Shown in pieces: positions 62,011-64,000 of a stretch of DNA of 64,000 nucleotides; the first letter of the stretch is position 1, and each line of letters begins with the position of its first letter. This DNA is from an uncultured Holophagae bacterium (GTDB lineage Bacteria > Acidobacteriota > Thermoanaerobaculia > Thermoanaerobaculales > Sulfomarinibacteraceae). Below the pieces are notes generated by a model, which worked only from the letters and a program-made list of their open reading frames with translations, was not told where the DNA came from and did not search any database. The DNA is taken from contig CAWJPY010000008.1 of the NCBI GenBank assembly GCA_963844865.1, positions 48,959 to 112,958 of the forward strand, read 5' to 3'. The translations under genes and the position numbers were made by a program.

Positions 62011-63450
62011 GTGGACGCGAGACACAAGGTCCTGATCATGCGTTGCGACGCCTACGACCCCGACCGGATCGGGGGCATCATCAAGGAGGGCATGGAGGAG
62101 CTGGGGGTGAGGCCCACGGGCCGGATCCTGCTCAAGCCCAACGTGGTCCTCGCCCACCCCGAGGTGTTCCCCTACGCCTTCACGCGCAGCGAGTTCCTCG
62201 ACGGCGCCCTCGCCGCCACCAGGGCCTCGGCCGACAACCCCGAGGAGATCGCGGTCGGTGAGCGCTCCGGTATCACCGTGGCGACCCGCTTCACCTTCAA
62301 GATGGCGGGCTACCCCGCAGTCATCAAGAAGCACGGGGCCAAGGCGTACTACTTCGACGAGTGCCGGCAGGTGCCGTACCAGCTCACCAGGGAGTCCAAC
62401 CTGCGCCGGCGGATGTACTTCCCCAAGCCGATCACCGACTGCGACTTCCTCATCAATCTCCCAAAGTTCAAGGCCCACCCGTGGTGCCGCCTCACCCTGA
62501 GCCTCAAGAACTTCATCGGCATCCAGGACGACCGCCACCGCCTGGTGGACCACAACCTCATGCTGGAGCACAAGATCGCCGACCTCCAGGAGGTCGTCCA
62601 GCCGCGCTTCATCGCCATCGACGGCATCACCGCCGGCCAGGGAATGATGCTGACCCCCACCCCCTTCGACATGGGGGCCATCGTCATGGGCACCAACTCC
62701 TGCGCCGTGGACACCGTGGGCTGCCACATGGTCAACGTGGACCCCAGGGACCTCATCCACCTGCAGCTGGCCTCCGAGCGCGGCTTCGGCCCCTCCGACC
62801 TGGCCGACATCGACGTCGGCGGCGACTTCCCCCTCGACGAGATGCAGCACAAGACCCGGGACTTCCAGTTCTGCCTCGAGCGCATCGACCGCTACTTTCC
62901 GGAGACCTGCAACCTCAAGTGCACCGTGGGCGCCTTCCCCGAGGAGCACTCACCGGACTACTGCTGGGGTGGCTGCCCCGGCGCCCTCCAGGAGGCCATG
63001 CACATCTTCAAGGCCTACTACCCCACCGCCTACTCGGACGTCGGCAAGCTCCACTACGTGTGCGGCCAGGTGGCCGGTCCCATCGACTTCGCCCCCGACG
63101 AGCGCATCCTCTTCGTGGGGAGCTGCACCTCCTGGGAGGGCGAGATCGACGGCGAGCACGTGAAGATCGACAGCACCTACAAGCGGGCTCACGAGGTGGA
63201 CGAGAGCAGGACCACGAGCAACGACATGCTGAAGAAGAACCTGGCCCCCGCCCTGGACATGTTCCGCAACCGGAAGAAGCGCTGGCTCCACGTCACCGGC
63301 TGCCCGGTGTCCGTGGGCGAGCACGTCCACTACGTGTCCGGCCTCGGCGGCCTGGGCAACCCCAACTACGACCCCAGGATGCTCATCGGCGCCAACGTGG
63401 GTTACTGGCAGATGCGCTTCGGCCGGTTGAAGAACCGGCTGCTGGGATAG
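62011..63450 (+). CDS. DUF362 domain protein with Cys-rich C-terminal region
   Basis: ILLKPNVV, INLPKFKAH, TLSLKN, AIDGI, AVD; WGGCPG, VGSC, TGCPV. Confidence 0.85.
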   Translation: MDARHKVLIMRCDAYDPDRIGGIIKEGMEELGVRPTGRILLKPNVVLAHPEVFPYAFTRSEFLDGALAATRASADNPEEIAVGERSGITVATRFTFKMAGYPAVIKKHGAKAYYFDECRQVPYQLTRESNLRRRMYFPKPITDCDFLINLPKFKAHPWCRLTLSLKNFIGIQDDRHRLVDHNLMLEHKIADLQEVVQPRFIAIDGITAGQGMMLTPTPFDMGAIVMGTNSCAVDTVGCHMVNVDPRDLIHLQLASERGFGPSDLADIDVGGDFPLDEMQHKTRDFQFCLERIDRYFPETCNLKCTVGAFPEEHSPDYCWGGCPGALQEAMHIFKAYYPTAYSDVGKLHYVCGQVAGPIDFAPDERILFVGSCTSWEGEIDGEHVKIDSTYKRAHEVDESRTTSNDMLKKNLAPALDMFRNRKKRWLHVTGCPVSVGEHVHYVSGLGGLGNPNYDPRMLIGANVGYWQMRFGRLKNRLLG

Positions 63451-63535
63451 CCGCCTCTCCCGTCCGCCCGAGTGTCGCGGCGGGGAGTGGGAACGCGAAG
63501 CCGCGGAGCTCCCACCCACCCAGGAAGAAGAATTG

Positions 63536-63595
63536 AACGCAGAGACGCAGAGACGCCCGACCAAGAAGTCAACGCGAAGACGCGAAGGCGCAAAG
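63536..63595 (+). repeat. 8-mer module AACGCAGAG/ACGCGAAG, locus 3
   Basis: AACGCAGAGACGCAGAGACGC and AACGCGAAGACGCGAAGGCGCAAAG. Confidence 0.7.
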
Positions 63596-63752
63596 ACCCG
63601 ACGCCCCCACCCACCCGACATGATGGCCGATATCCGCTGCAGCGCCCTGCTCCCGGTCGCTGTGCCTCCCGGCGGCCGCGGTCGCTGTCACGGACCGCTG
63701 CCGCGGCCGATGGTACGATCGAGACACGGTGACCCACTGGAGCCGAGGACAC

Positions 63753-64000
63753 GTGCACCTGACGAGTGCAATCCTGGCGATCGCCGCCGCGGTCGTGGCC
63801 ACCGCCCAGGAGGGCTGGCAGGTGGACCCGCGGAGCCCCGTGCTGGCGCCCGTCGGCTCGTCCTGGGATGCGGCGGCTCTCGGCCAACCCTGCGTGCGCC
63901 TGGAGGAAGGCACGTTCCGCATGTGGTACGCCGGCGCCGCCGCCGACCTGCGGGGACGCATCCTCCTCGCCGAGTCGCCCGACGGCGTGCAGTGGACGCG
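63753..64000 (+). CDS. Partial secreted five-bladed beta-propeller glycosidase-like protein (runs off the window)
   Basis: GTG start with RBS; signal peptide; PVL...WD...PCV...FRMWYAG...AESPDGVQW. Confidence 0.7.
   Translation, partial: MHLTSAILAIAAAVVATAQEGWQVDPRSPVLAPVGSSWDAAALGQPCVRLEEGTFRMWYAGAAADLRGRILLAESPDGVQWT

Overview
Very GC-rich bacterial window with about 55 protein-coding genes. I found no rRNA, tRNA, CRISPR array, integrase, reverse transcriptase or transposase. The C-terminal IFADAFESGD and IPTL-CTERM-like tails and large Ser/Thr kinase-TPR proteins suggest an Acidobacteriota (Thermoanaerobaculia-like) genome; this is inference. About a dozen otherwise intact genes are split by single-base indels, most likely long-read assembly errors. 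Ordinary content: two ABC exporter operons, YchF, GlpD, an IorAB-type molybdoenzyme, four secreted peptidases (C1, S46, M28, S1), a GMC oxidase, a K+-independent H+-PPase, bacterioferritin, Qor, SlyD and SfsA. Best candidates for undescribed biology: (1) a Fur-family-led operon encoding a MauG/BthA-type diheme enzyme (Tyr at the axial-ligand position), a Tat-exported metallophosphoesterase and a SoxA/TsdA-like monoheme cytochrome, bracketed by 29-bp direct repeats and next to bacterioferritin; (2) an FHA-cNMP-degenerate sigma54-AAA-membrane polyferredoxin fusion divergent from a kinase; (3) a nine-heme secreted cytochrome on an Ig/PKD stalk; (4) an Avd-like four-helix-bundle gene inside a repeat/hairpin island; (5) two copies of a roughly 140-nt intergenic hairpin with compensatory base changes; (6) a membrane protein with 13 consecutive 10-residue repeats. 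All family assignments come from motif recognition only; no database search was run.
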